Assembly: GCA_035084275.1 (NCBI GenBank)
Contig: CM068756.1
Coordinates: forward strand, 9,610,001-9,674,000
Length of the DNA stretch: 64,000 bases
DNA from: Hydrolagus colliei
Taxonomy: Eukaryota
Reading direction: 5' to 3'
The notes beneath the pieces were generated by a model that was not told the origin of the DNA, did not search any database, and saw only the letters and a program-made list of their open reading frames with translations. The translations under genes and the position numbers were made by a program. This document shows, piece by piece, positions 12,773 to 24,340 of the stretch (position 1 is its first letter; every line of letters begins with the position of its first letter).

Positions 12773-12890
12773 ACCATAGAAATTTGCAGCACAGAAGAAG
12801 GCCATTTCGACCATTGTGTCTGCGATGGTACTTTTGAAGAACAATCCTTATATTCTATTCCCTTTCCCAATACCCTGTATATTCACTTTG
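12773..12890 (-). mobile_element. CR1 3' UTR fragment
   Basis: catagaaatttgcagcacagaagaaggccatttcgaccatt is the complement of the CR1 tail at 48970-49017. Confidence 0.6.
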
Positions 12891-13106
12891 GGAACTGGTT
12901 CTCAGTTCATCCTTGTGCAGTCAATATGGAAATCGACAGACCTTGTCTTAACTTGAAAATATGGAGGGAGGTGGGATGAATGTATTGGAGAGCTATTTGA
13001 AATGGTTCTTTTTCATCAGTGGTATTCATTCAACATGCTCAAGGAGTTGTTTGATGTCGCGGGGGGACAATTTCAAAGGTGCATTAACAATTGAAGTGTG
13101 TCATTC

Positions 13107-13995
13107 ACAACAACAACAAATTACACTTATAAAGCGCCTTTCACGTCGGGAGGACGTCCCAAGTTGCTGCACAGGAGGCGTGTGACCCGAGCTGGGAGGG
13201 GAGTGTACGGGAAGGGGTGAAACAAGTAGGGGAGGTCAAAGAATTCGGGGGGGAACAAAAGGCACGGTCGAAGAGGAAAGTCTTCAAACCGGCCTTGAAA
13301 GAGGAAAGGGAAGAAACGAGACGGAGGGATTGGGGGATGGAATTCCATAGGGTCGGAGCAGAAAAACTGAAGGCCCGGCCTCCGATGGTGGGGCGGTTCG
13401 GGCGGGGGGCTTAGAGCAGGCCAAGTCCTGCTGAAAGGAGGGTCCGGGTGGGCTTGAGGGGGAGAGTAAATTGGTTAAATAGGGCGGGGCAAGGCCATGT
13501 AAGGCCTTGAAGGTGAGGACGAGGATCTTGAATTCGATCCTCTGGAGGATGGGGAGCCAATGGAGACGGGCGAGGGTGGGGGTTATGTGGTCGCGGAGGT
13601 GGGTGTGGGATAATATACGGGCTGCAGAGTTTTGGATGACCTGCAGCCTGTGAATGGAGGAACTGGGGAGGCTGACGAGGAGAGAGTTTCCGTAGTCCAG
13701 CCGTGAGGTGATGTACGCGTGCACGAGTGTTTCGGCAGCGTTGGGGGGTAAGATAATTGCGGAGACTGGCAATGTTGCACAGGTGGAAGTAAGCGGTGCC
13801 GGTCAAGGCACGGATGTGAGGGAGGAAGGAGAGTTTTTGGTCGAACGTGATGCCGAGGTTCCTGACTGGCTTTGTGAGGTGGAGGGTACAGCCTTGGATG
13901 TTGAGGCTTGCAGCGCCCGATGTGCGGAGGCGCTGGCTTGAGCCGATCATGAGGGCCTCAGTCTTACTCACGTTCAATTGGAGGAAGTTGTCCAT
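13107..13995 (-). mobile_element. 5'-truncated L2 LINE: ORF2 C-terminal region (frameshifted) + 3' UTR + (TTG)n tail
   Basis: NFLQLNVSKTEALMIG...VRNLGITFDQKLSF, then in another frame LVHAYITSRLDYGNSLL...LQVIQNSAARIL...HITPTLARLHWLPILQRIEFKIL. These are canonical L2 motifs. GC/CpG-rich relative to flanks, suggesting a young insertion. Confidence 0.95.
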
Positions 13996-15447
13996 CGTCG
14001 ATCCTGAGGGAGATCACTTAACATGAAGCACACATTTTAATTTTACTCTTCAACTAAACTGCTCGAAAAGGGAAAGCAACATAAGGATGTATTGTTTTGT
14101 AGAGATGGTTAAGAGGCAAAGGTTCCCTTCTTCACCAGATGTGTCTCTGCCCAGAAGCGACAAATTTCTGGTGTAAAGGTTTTCCCTCCTGTCCTTTTCC
14201 AGATGTTTGAGAGATTAGGTGACACTCAACAATCCACACAACATACCTCAACTTGTTTTATTACAGCTGCTGGTAAATTTAAAATGTATGCAATGTCTCA
14301 GAGCGATAGAGACCCCAATCTGAAATCGTGAAACGCATAAAATAATTAATAAGGAAGTGAAGGTGTCTCCTCTTGACGGGAGACTGAAAGTCCAGTTAGG
14401 CGGTTGGATTTGTTGGAATATAAAATATGAACTATAAGATTCCTTTTAAATCAGAAATTCAGTGACAAGACAGATTCAAGTGGCTGTGCTCACATAACAG
14501 ATTTTGAACTTGCCCGTTGATACATTTTGAAGAATAAAACAGCTGTAAATGAATCAGTGATCTTTCTAAGCTGACTGACGCGGTTTGATTCACAAACATA
14601 ACAACATGATTATCTGAATTTAGTTGATTATTAAATCGGTAAATGCTTTGCTGAATGGCGGTCTTATTTGCATGCACCACAAAATGTACTTGGATCTCCC
14701 ACGATCAAGTGTCAGAAACAGCTCTGCAAAGTGGAAGTTCACCAGTTGTTTAAATAGGCAACAAACAGTTAGATACTTTTGAATGGAATCATTGTTCACC
14801 AAACTGTATTTGTTTTGTAAAAAAAGGAAAACCTCTTGTTTCCAGGGTGCGGGGGAGAATGGTACAAGCAATGTCATTTCCGCCTTGTCTGATATCAACA
14901 TATCACTGACATAATGTAACAGATAAAAGGCACAGTGCAGCTTCTGCTCAATGCATTCTGTACGGTTCATATGCTGAGACCTACATTCACCGATGTTTGT
15001 TTTTATTGGGTAGTAAAAGGGCCTTTAGCAAGTTTACGTTATGAGAATTTTTATCCTTGACGACAAAGGTTACGTTTGCCAAAATTCTGCAGAATAAACT
15101 GCAATGGACGGGAGAGGGCTGGGGTTAACCTTTCAAAAAAAGGGGAGAATGAAGGTATACATTGTGGGATATTTCTTTTGCAAAGTAAAAGGAATTAAAT
15201 GAATCAGTACTTTTCAGATTTCAGTCCCAAACCTTCATTTTTATGATTAAGCTTGAAACGTAGCCAGTTTTATTGGCGATTGTTTAAACGTGTTTTGTCA
15301 ATAGGGTTTGGAGTAAAACAAAGTTTTTTTTTAAAGCTCCATTTGAATCAATGTGCAGTTAAAGTACTTTCTGTGGATTTTCTGCTGAAAGCTTAGCTCA
15401 CACCGTTTGCCTGGTTGTGAAAAGAATAGATGCTTTTTGCACACAGA

Positions 15448-15650
15448 ATATAGTCAATTCACTTTACTGTAGATTGTGCGAAGCGCTTTGAGTCATTTCA
15501 ACGACTTGGGATGTCAGTGCCCTTCACGTCAGCGACTTCAGCGCCTTGGGACATCCTCCTGACATTTAAAGGCGCTTTAAATATGTAATTTTGTTGTTGT
15601 TGTTGATATGATAAGGCGCTATATATCCAATGCAAATATTTACTATTATT
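15448..15650 (+). mobile_element. SINE tail interrupted by a nested L2 tail fragment
   Basis: SINE tail agtcaattcactttactgta...aagcgctttgag, then L2 tail gcgccttgggacatcctcc...tgtaattttgttgttgttgtt, then the SINE tail resumes gataaggcgctatatatccaatgcaa. Confidence 0.7.
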
Positions 15651-16173
15651 AATATGCTTTAAAAAATAAAACTTGAGTGTATGACTAAGATTGCTAGATT
15701 ACATGACTGGTTGGCACTTTAAGGGTAAACTGTGCATTTGAGTGTGCATTCCACATGGCTCTGAGAAGTCAGATCCAGACCCCACATTTCTTGCTAAATT
15801 ATTCTCAGTAAGGTTATGAAGTTCTGGTTTTCTCCTGGAGTTGGCCAGGAATAAAGTATCACTTCATAACCTGGCTGAGCGGTATGTGTATAGTGTATAA
15901 GTGAATGAGGTGTTGCGATAAACTTGGACTTGGTTTTGTATCAATTCTCCCTTTTGGTTTCACTTGAACTCAACCAGATCTCCATTCAATTCCATATCAC
16001 ACTTTACTTTTGAATCCTTCGAAGACTCCAAATGTCATCCAGTTACGTATAAAATACAACATGGAAATCGGTCTTTCAGTCAGGTTAGTCTATACTAGTG
16101 TTTATACTCCAAAGCAACCCCAACCTAATTTCCCCATCCCTTTCCTCCATTCATACCCATGCCATTCCTTTCT

Positions 16174-16282
16174 AATAATAATAATCTTTGCATTTGACAT
16201 CGCGGCTTATCACGTCTTCGAGGTATCTCAAAGTGTTTCAAAGAATATATTGTAAAGTGATTTAACTATATATTTTGTAGGA
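16174..16282 (-). mobile_element. Young SINE 3' tail fragment
   Basis: aataataataatctttgcatttgacatcgcggcttatcacgtcttcgaggtatctcaaagtg...tattttgtagg. Confidence 0.8.
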
Positions 16283-16584
16283 AAAATATACTTCTCTCTC
16301 CTGTATGCATCAAACACTACTGACAGCTCACATTTGGGGTCTAAAAGGTTCACATCTGGATCGACTTACAATGCCTGGGTAACAGGGAATCCTGACAGTA
16401 ACCTGTTGTATCTCAGAGCTGACTGGACGTGTCCTCGGCAGTTCGGAGCTGGGATTTTGTGAATCAGCTTTGAGTCAACCAGAGTCAACCTGAAATACTA
16501 CAGATAACCAGACAGTAGTATTTTACATAGTATTTCAGATTCAACAGGATATGAGCTGATGTATTTAATCTTCAATTTTATCAG

Positions 16585-16843
16585 AGGGATTGTTGGTCAG
16601 GATACCAGGAGAAACTCACTTCTCTTTTCTAGCGGCGCACAGGATGTTAACATCAACCTGAACAGGCAGATAGGACCTTGGTATAAAGACTAATCCAAAG
16701 GATGAAACTCTGACAATGCACCACTCCCTTCCAGCACTGTATTGGTGTGGGTGCCTGGACTGAATTAGTTCAAAGTCCCGACACGGAGATTGAACAAGCA
16801 ATCTGATGACTCAAGAGTGCTACAAACTGAGCCAGACTGCCAC
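16585..16843 (-). mobile_element. Old DeuSINE (SacSINE1-like) 5' two-thirds
   Basis: ttggtcaggataccaggagaaactc...catcaacctgaacaggcaga...tctgacaatgcaccactccc...gagtgctacaaactgagcc. Confidence 0.75.
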
Positions 16844-18511
16844 CTTATACTTGTGCACTTGTTACAGCTCAGAAAGATATATATGTTTATAGATATTTTT
16901 TAATCAAGTTCTTTAAAAGAACACAAGCTTGAACTGTAAATATGCAGTTTTATTAAGACCTTTATATCCAGAAATCCATTTTGACTCAGGAATTATATTG
17001 CTTCTACCTGACTAGGTTATGGCTATCAAACTCACAGCTTCCTTTGCATCTTCATTCCTTGCATATAAATGTATGTCTCACTCTCTCCCTCTGATTTCAA
17101 TTCAGCTGAATCTCTTATGAAGAGGAAGAAACTTTCACTTCATTAATAAGATTGTTCTATAATCTATATTTTACACTTAGGTTGTCATAGGAAGTCAAAT
17201 GATTTTAGTGCGCATGTATTCATTTTCAGCTTCTTTCATCTGCTTCTTACCATCTCCTTGTTCTTCTAGTTCATTTTCCCTTTGGGATTCAAACTACAAG
17301 AAATTAATCTCACAATATGTTTTATACGTTTTAGACAGAACTGCTAAAGTGTTAATAGAATCCATTTTCCATTGAAAATAACTACAGTTCTCTACTCCAA
17401 GAGAAATATTAAATTAGGAATACCTTATATTTTTTGACACAGTCCATTGCATCTAACATAAACCAAACTGGACGTTGGAACCTATCTCCAGAGTAATATA
17501 TCTTAACAAATGTATAGGAGAAAGAACAGTACCAATTTACTGACTGTGAACAATTCACTCGGAAAAGTTCAATAGCAAATGTACAATTTGAAACAATCAT
17601 TGTATCTGTTTACGACAATTCTCACAATTCTGTTAAATATTCACCTGTTTACAATAAGTATCACAATTCTGTTAATCTCAAGAACAATACTGTCGGGTGT
17701 AAATGAGCCAGAGAAACTCAGATACTGACTTCAATTCCTTCCTCTGTCATCCTCGTCATCCTGCCCCACCCCCACCTTTCCCTCAAAATTAAAATATTAT
17801 CTATATCCATCGGCTGATAAAGAACAGATGACGGGACAAGCAGGAAAGCATCCCCAGGTTGACATGGTCACATTCCACCATTAGCCTCCAGGGAACTTCA
17901 CACATCCTCTCAAATCAACTCCTGGGAATACCAACAAGCAGGCAGGGTTCATGGGTTGTATATCACCAGGGAATATGTGGACATAAACAGTGTGAGGATA
18001 AATGCAAAAGCTCATATGAAGAATGGGTTATGTGAAAAGTTTCATATCTCCACACCCTTATTATCCATTCCATTCTCCTTTCTGTGTCTTTTGTTCTCAC
18101 CATGATGGTAACATCTGCTTGCTACTCATACTCTTCATCTCACCATTTCATTATTTAATGAACACCTTGAAGTATTTACTCCGCCTTCACTACTTTTTCA
18201 AGCTTCTTTTAAAATTCAGTGACACCTTGTTACAAAAAAGGTTGAGCTGAATCTATAGTTCATTTGATCTCCAGAATACTTGCAGGACACCCATCCGCCC
18301 CATCTTCCCACGATAAGATCAAGCCATTCCCGGACTGAATGCAGCATTCCAATTTCAACCACCCTTCCTGTTAACCCGCTGAATCCACTGAATAAAGACA
18401 TATTTCCTGGTGTCTGCTCTAAAGACGCCATTCACAACCATTGATCCTTGTACATTTATTCAGCTCTGCCTTGGCAGATACAATAAAACTTGCATAAGTC
18501 TGATTGTTGCC

Positions 18512-18795
18512 TTGCTCCACTGGGTCTGGCCTCCTCCTTGTCCACCAAATCCTCCGCTCCAATGTCGGCGGCCGTGCCTTCGGCCACTACTCCCCAAGGC
18601 TCTGGAACTCTCTTCTTCATTCCATTCACCTCTCCCCCTCTCTTCCCAGTTTCAGGTCTCAGCTAAAGACCTTTCTCTTCGACCGAGCCTTCGGTCACCT
18701 TTCTCCGCCTGCCCCTGGCTCACCCAATCCATTATTATGAAGCACTCTGAGATGCCGTCCAGCGTGGAGGGCGCTAGATAAATCAAAGTTGTTGG
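18512..18795 (+). mobile_element. L2 LINE 3' end (ORF2 C-terminus + tail)
   Basis: Translation GGRAFGHYSPRLWNSLLHSIHLSPSLPSFRSQLKTFLFDRAF, followed by gcactctgagatg...ggcgctagataaatcaaagttgttg. Confidence 0.9.
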
Positions 18796-18964
18796 TGTAT
18801 CTGTATAATCACCTAAGATGAACATCAGCCCAATTCCCATTCAAGAGTTTTATATTTTATGCAAATTTGACATAACTCATACAGCACATAAGTCATATTA
18901 ATGTATGGTACTAACTGATATGACTTGTGTGAGGTTTACTGTCCTAAGCAAATAAATGTGTATA

Positions 18965-19062
18965 GAAGAGCTTACGAAGGCTGGAGACACAAGTGGAGTA
19001 TAAATGCTTGGGAGAATGATTCGTACGAATGGCCTCTATCTGTGCTGTATCATTCCATATAG
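18965..19062 (+). mobile_element. CR1 3' UTR remnant
   Basis: gaatggcctctatctgtgctgtatcattccatat resembles the CR1 terminus gaatggcctccttttgtgccgtaaaattctatga. Confidence 0.5.
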
Positions 19063-19489
19063 TTCCGGCACCCATTGTTGCCTCTCAAACATACTATTAC
19101 TTGCAGAGATGGTGGGATGCCTCATCAATAATCCTTAATAAGATTAAAATTCTCTATGAATGTGAAAGCATATCATCACACATGTTATCACAGTCAGCTG
19201 AATAGCTATCCAGTTTGGGAACTCGAGCCATGTGTTTTTTTTTTCCATATCTTTGCTCAGTGAGAAAAGCCCATTGTAGAGCATCTCCTGCCAACCATGG
19301 CTAATGTCAGCTGGAGAACAAGGAGTCACACCTGGTCTTCTCGCAAATTTCATGCCTCTATTTCTCACTGGATAGTTGCTTTATCAACTGAGCCAGTGGA
19401 TAGATCAGGGAGAGTGGAAATGCAGAATAATAATAACGGATGCTTTCATTTACCGTTCTCCTCACTGTATGTTGCAATGAAGGTATACT

Positions 19490-21620
19490 GCAGCCCAACG
19501 TTGAATTAGCAAATTAATTTCAGATTAATCTCCCGTTTGGGACAATTTGATGAGAGACATAACCAACGTTTTATATGCGCAGGAAGCTTCACTGGCATTG
19601 CGCGTCCGTATTAAAATTACAACTCGATTTTGGCGTGAGTGGAAAAGAAAAAGGATTTTAAAAGCCATTGATCACCGTCCTTGCAATTTATTCGTAAGGC
19701 AAAACATTCCCTAAATTTACAGTTCGTCTGCTGTATAGATAAGCACAAGAAGAAGTCAGAGGACAGAAGATGCATTGTGTAATTGTAGCCAATGGTATCT
19801 TTACAATGTCTTTGGTGCAAAACATACATAAAACATAAGGGTCAAATTTGATTTCCAGGGAGAGAGGAGATGAGACACAACTAATTATTTTTATGACCTT
19901 ACAGTAATATTTTATTTAACTTTGCATTGGCAAAGCAAACTTAGCTGCTGGGTTAGTATAGGAAATTTATCCCCAAAGGAGTTAAACGAGTTTATGCAGG
20001 GTCTTTGATTTCCCCAACAGCCAAGAAATGACTGAGATAATTCAGTAACATGATTTATTCATAACGTTGTTATTTTGGCTGCGATGCAAAGGTCCAGCAC
20101 TGCTTCTTCCCTCTAATATTTGTTACAGTTACATTTTTCAAACCATTTACTGTCTTCAGGGTAAGTAAAATGACATAGCTCATGATGTGCAAATAAATGT
20201 GGAATGAGCCAGTGAGCTCAACTGAAATGAATTACCATCAGCGGCGAAAATAAGGCAGGAGGGAACAGCTGTCTTGGGATCTGAAAAAGACTACCAGGTA
20301 CGGTTATTGAGCGACTGGAATAACACTTTCTATGATTTATCAAAGCGCACTTGAAAGCACTTCTGATGCATTAAATAGGCATGAAAAGAGGCTTTGTGGC
20401 AAGGGGACTGTGCTTGAGCTGTGTGATTAGAAGACTCAAAGACTTGACCTGGCTGTGCGGCCTACAAACCAGAGCTTCACAATAAGAGCCTGCGTTCAAA
20501 GAGTTTCCTACAGAGAGTTAGCTGCACCTATATCCTTTAGCCTCTGCTCACACACTCCTCACTGNNNNNNNNNNNNNNNNNNNNNNNNNNNNNNNNNNNN
20601 NNNNNNNNNNNNNNNNNNNNNNNNNNNNNNNNNNNNNNNNNNNNNNNNNNNNNNNNNNNNNNNNNNNNNNNNNNNNNNNNNNNNNNNNNNNNNNNNNNNN
20701 NNNNNNNNNNNNNNNNNNNNNNNNNNNNNNNNNNNNNNNNNNNNNNNNNNNNNNNNNNNNNNNNNNNNNNNNNNNNNAGGNNNNNNNNNNNNNNNNNNNN
20801 NNNNNNNNNNNNNNNNNNNNNNNNNNNNNNNNNNNNNNNNNNNNNNNNNNNNNNNNNNNNNNNNNNNNNNNNNNNNNNNNNNNNNNNNNNNNNNNNNNNN
20901 NNNNNNNNNNNNNNNNNNNNNNNNNNNNNNNNNNNNNGGAGAAAAAAAATAAGCAACAGAAAGAGCATTTCATTAACCCGTAACCCTATCAAGGGAGAAC
21001 TGCTGTAACATCCATGTTTGCATTAGGGAGAACAGCTAAATTCACAGATGAAACAATTTATTACATTGTGGCAGAAGGGATTTGATCTTATTTAACCCCC
21101 GATGAACTACTTTGGAAAAGTATATAAATAAACCATCCATATTGTGGGAAATAGCCCCAATATTGTAATTAAGAGGGTTAACTGACTGGAATAAATACTC
21201 ATATGCTTAGGCCTGGGAGATAGTGTTTGCTTTCCCAGTCTGCCCGCAGTGCCTGCCCTTTCCAGCAGCTGTCACAAGGGCCTTAAAACAAGTCTCCCAG
21301 CACCAGGGTGATTAAACACTGTTACAACTTTCTTACTTCTGCATAATAACAGTAAGCAATCAATACAGGCTTACATTTTATGAGACAAGGAGTTAACTTG
21401 TTCAATTACTGCGCAGACAGCTCTATTCTTTTGTAACAAGTAATCTCAGAAGTGAAATCAATACTGACAGGCCCGATGCACGCCAGCTAATTTCACATTA
21501 TGCTAGGCCAATCAGGAGGCCTGGAGTAATAGAGCTGTTGTTACAGTTCATTATAGAGAGGAGGGATCAATATCTGAACAATAAGAGCATTGGCAATACA
21601 TCTGCTGCATACATAACCCT
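19490..21620. promoter_or_regulatory. Putative conserved non-coding element cluster
   Basis: About 2 kb without recognisable repeats. TGATTTAT at 20051 and 20333, TTTATGA at 19890, CTGTCA/TGACAG at 21269 and 21465, many TAAT cores. Conservation not tested. Confidence 0.45.
20565..20937. other. N run (213 N + agg + 157 N): assembly gap or masking
   Basis: Direct count: N 20565-20777, agg 20778-20780, N 20781-20937. Confidence 0.98.
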
Positions 21621-23337
21621 GAAGGCAAAGCAGGTCCTCCCAAGCACCAGGATATCTTGAATTTACATTTACACACACACAAAAGTAAAGCAAAATGTAG
21701 CTAAAGCCAACGTTCGCAACCCTATATAGTAATTAAACATGAAAAATACAAAATAAGCGAACGAGTCTCCAAATGAGGCAAATCCACACTGAAGCAAACG
21801 CACAGCATGCAAAAGGCCACAATTCATTTCTCATGAAACACACGTGTAGCAGAGATCAGAGGATAATGACAGGTTAGAGAGGAGATACTTACCTTTCTAA
21901 ATGCTGTGGTAAAATATTAAAACAAAAGTGCACCTCAGCTTGCCACAATTGAATAGATAATCCCAATGCACTTGAACGTGTAAAAATCTAATTATGGAAG
22001 ATAAAACAAATTACTCCTATAATGTAGAGTTTATTTAAAGATGACTTGTTATTGCACTCATTAATTATCATCACGTGTCATTTTAGCCAATAAAGATTGC
22101 AGTAATATTTATATTAGCATCAAGGCCTGGTAGTGCTGACAGGTAGGATAGAATACAAATCAGACCCAACACAAAATAATTTAATTATGTTTTGAAGATA
22201 CAAATGGTAGGATCTCATTTTCGCACTTACCTAACACACAGTATTTATTATTCTAGTCTTTGCACATCATGCAAATATTAGAGGTACTTAATCAAATTCT
22301 GAGGGATTGCTATATTGCTTTGCACTAAGTACAGTGCTTCTAAACCAACGAATGCTCACAGATGCTCTAAGGACTGCGGTTGCTCCCATTCAAGTGTCTC
22401 CTCCCTCTCTTCTCCTCTCACACCTAAAACTGCCACAAGAGCTAAACCGAACAATAGTGGTCTTTTTGAACTCAGCAAAGGTAGAGAAATTGTTATTTTC
22501 TATTGACCAATTGCCAATTGCCAAACTAGGGGGTTGTCCCCCTCAGTTGTTGTCGGCGCATTTCAAAGACATGCTGACGCCTGAACGAGTGAAACAGCAG
22601 ATTATAACGTTTTAAGAAAAATAATTGAATGGATTATTAGAGAAAAAAAGGAAACTGCTTTATACTGTAGTATTTCTCATAAAAGAAATCTTCTCAATAA
22701 ATATTTCAAGTGTGAAATAAACTGTTAGACTACTATCTTCTCACTATGATATTCGACTTTGTTGGCCTTTTATCAGTTTAAATGCTAATCTTGATATTGC
22801 TTTGATGCATTAGACTGAATTAAGATAACTGTTCTGTCCTTGTTAATGTCAGTGTCAGTGCTTACTCATTATCACATTTTTGTATGCAAAACGTACACTG
22901 CCAGGCACACTTGTGAAGATGCAGTATAAACAGGAAGGAATTATGGAAATAGGACACTTGCAATATATTAAGGTATTAATTATGATGCCATCTACGTTGC
23001 TGAAGTCAGCCATGGATTGATTTTGTTAAAAAAAATGATGGGGGAAACTCTCCTGCAGATCGCTAATGTTGCCATTAATAAGAGGTTTATCGCTGCTCTC
23101 AATAGTTCTCTTTCACTCTGGCAAAAAAAAAGCCATGTTGGCCAAAAAGTCTAAATGCCTCATTAACATCATTATGACCTTGTTAAAGACCATTAAACAA
23201 CAATACACCTACATTTCTGCCTTTGAGGAGGCACGGAGACTTGTAAGGATATGATGTCTGCTCGGGCTTGCTGTTAATGAGGCAAAGGGGATGCAAGGGC
23301 CTGTGTGGAGGAGGCAGATTTGAGGACGATGTTAGGG

Positions 23338-23720
23338 CAATAACAACTTGGATTTATAGAATGCAATTATATAGCGTCCTTCATGAAGGGTAACTTCTTG
23401 GAAATCTACAGCAGGTTGGGGGTCGAACACCAAGAGAGAAATGGGAGGGGGAGGGCTGCCATAAGCACGATAAAAAAAATAGGTTTCAAATTAATATAAA
23501 GACTGACAAAGAGGGGGCATGACGGAGATGTAGAGAGAGGAAGTTTCAGAGGTCAGGGGCACAGGACCTTAGGCCTGGCCACAAATTCAGAGGGGGCGAA
23601 GTCTGAGTTAGCAGAGGAGTAGGATAAAGAAGATTAGAGAGATAATGAGGTGCTAATGGCTAAGAGGGATTTATAGGTGAGTGTGGATAAAGACCTTGAA
23701 ATTGATCAAGCCACATGTTT
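23338..23720 (-). mobile_element. Degenerate L2 3' end
   Basis: aacaacttggatttata...tatagcgtccttcatg tail, followed by a purine-rich segment colinear with the young L2 (gagagaggaagtttcagaggtcagggg). Confidence 0.55.
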
Positions 23721-24092
23721 CAGAGAGAATTTCAGGGCCAGCCAACAATTCATCCATCAATATTTGCCAGTTATAGTCACCCCTATCCTCTATTGCTACG
23801 ACAGACATATTCCAGGGAACCACAGTGGTGCGAGCTGTTTATATGCCATTCTGCAGAAGGGAAGTAATTAATATCTTGTAATGTATAGAAATTATACCTT
23901 TCATCTTACCTGCTGCTGAAAATTTGCAAAGTAATAACAGCGGTGATTATGCGCTCGCACTGAATCTGAAGGGTACCTGACTCACAATCCATTTCACTCT
24001 CTGAACATCCATTGTCCAAATGGGAAAACCCACAATCACTTGTATTGAGATCATCTACAGGTTCCAATGCCTTGAGCTCATAAAACACAATG

Positions 24093-24340
24093 AGGTGCTT
24101 GAAGCCACAACCATCTAACGCAGAGGCAAGAGTGTTACCAACTGAGCACCACCATAGTTTCTGTAACTGTCAGTTTCATACAAAATAATAAAACTCCTTG
24201 TATTTGTGATAGTTCCTTCTCAAAGCGCCCCACAGAATTCAGTGTAAAGTGTAGTAAATGTGTATTTTGGAGGTGAACTGATTAGCCAATTTGTGAACAG
24301 CAATGTGCCATACACAGTCATGAAGTCAAATACCAATCTT
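24093..24340 (-). mobile_element. DeuSINE fragments (head 24093-24150, tail 24185-24340)
   Basis: gcttgaagccacaacc...gaggcaagagtgttaccaactgagc; then ccttgtatttg...ctcaaagcgccccacag...agccaatttgtgaacagcaatg. Confidence 0.6.

Noticed and set aside
15720-15900. Possible remnants of other ancient SINEs (also near 6660-6900, 10150-10240, 16330-16500 and 27410-27470)
   Set aside because: Similarity was too faint to assign a family or boundaries by eye.
17615-17675. Short local duplications (tcacaattctgttaa x2; also cattagtatag x2 near 10220-10245)
   Set aside because: Common slippage products with no further structure.
20455-20992. ORFs of 141-165 aa
   Set aside because: They read through N runs (poly-X), so they are artefacts.
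23906-24088. Minus ORF ending at a CAG|GTAAG donor-like site
   Set aside because: Weak acceptor, unrecognised peptide, and it begins next to a SINE head. RNA-seq would be needed.
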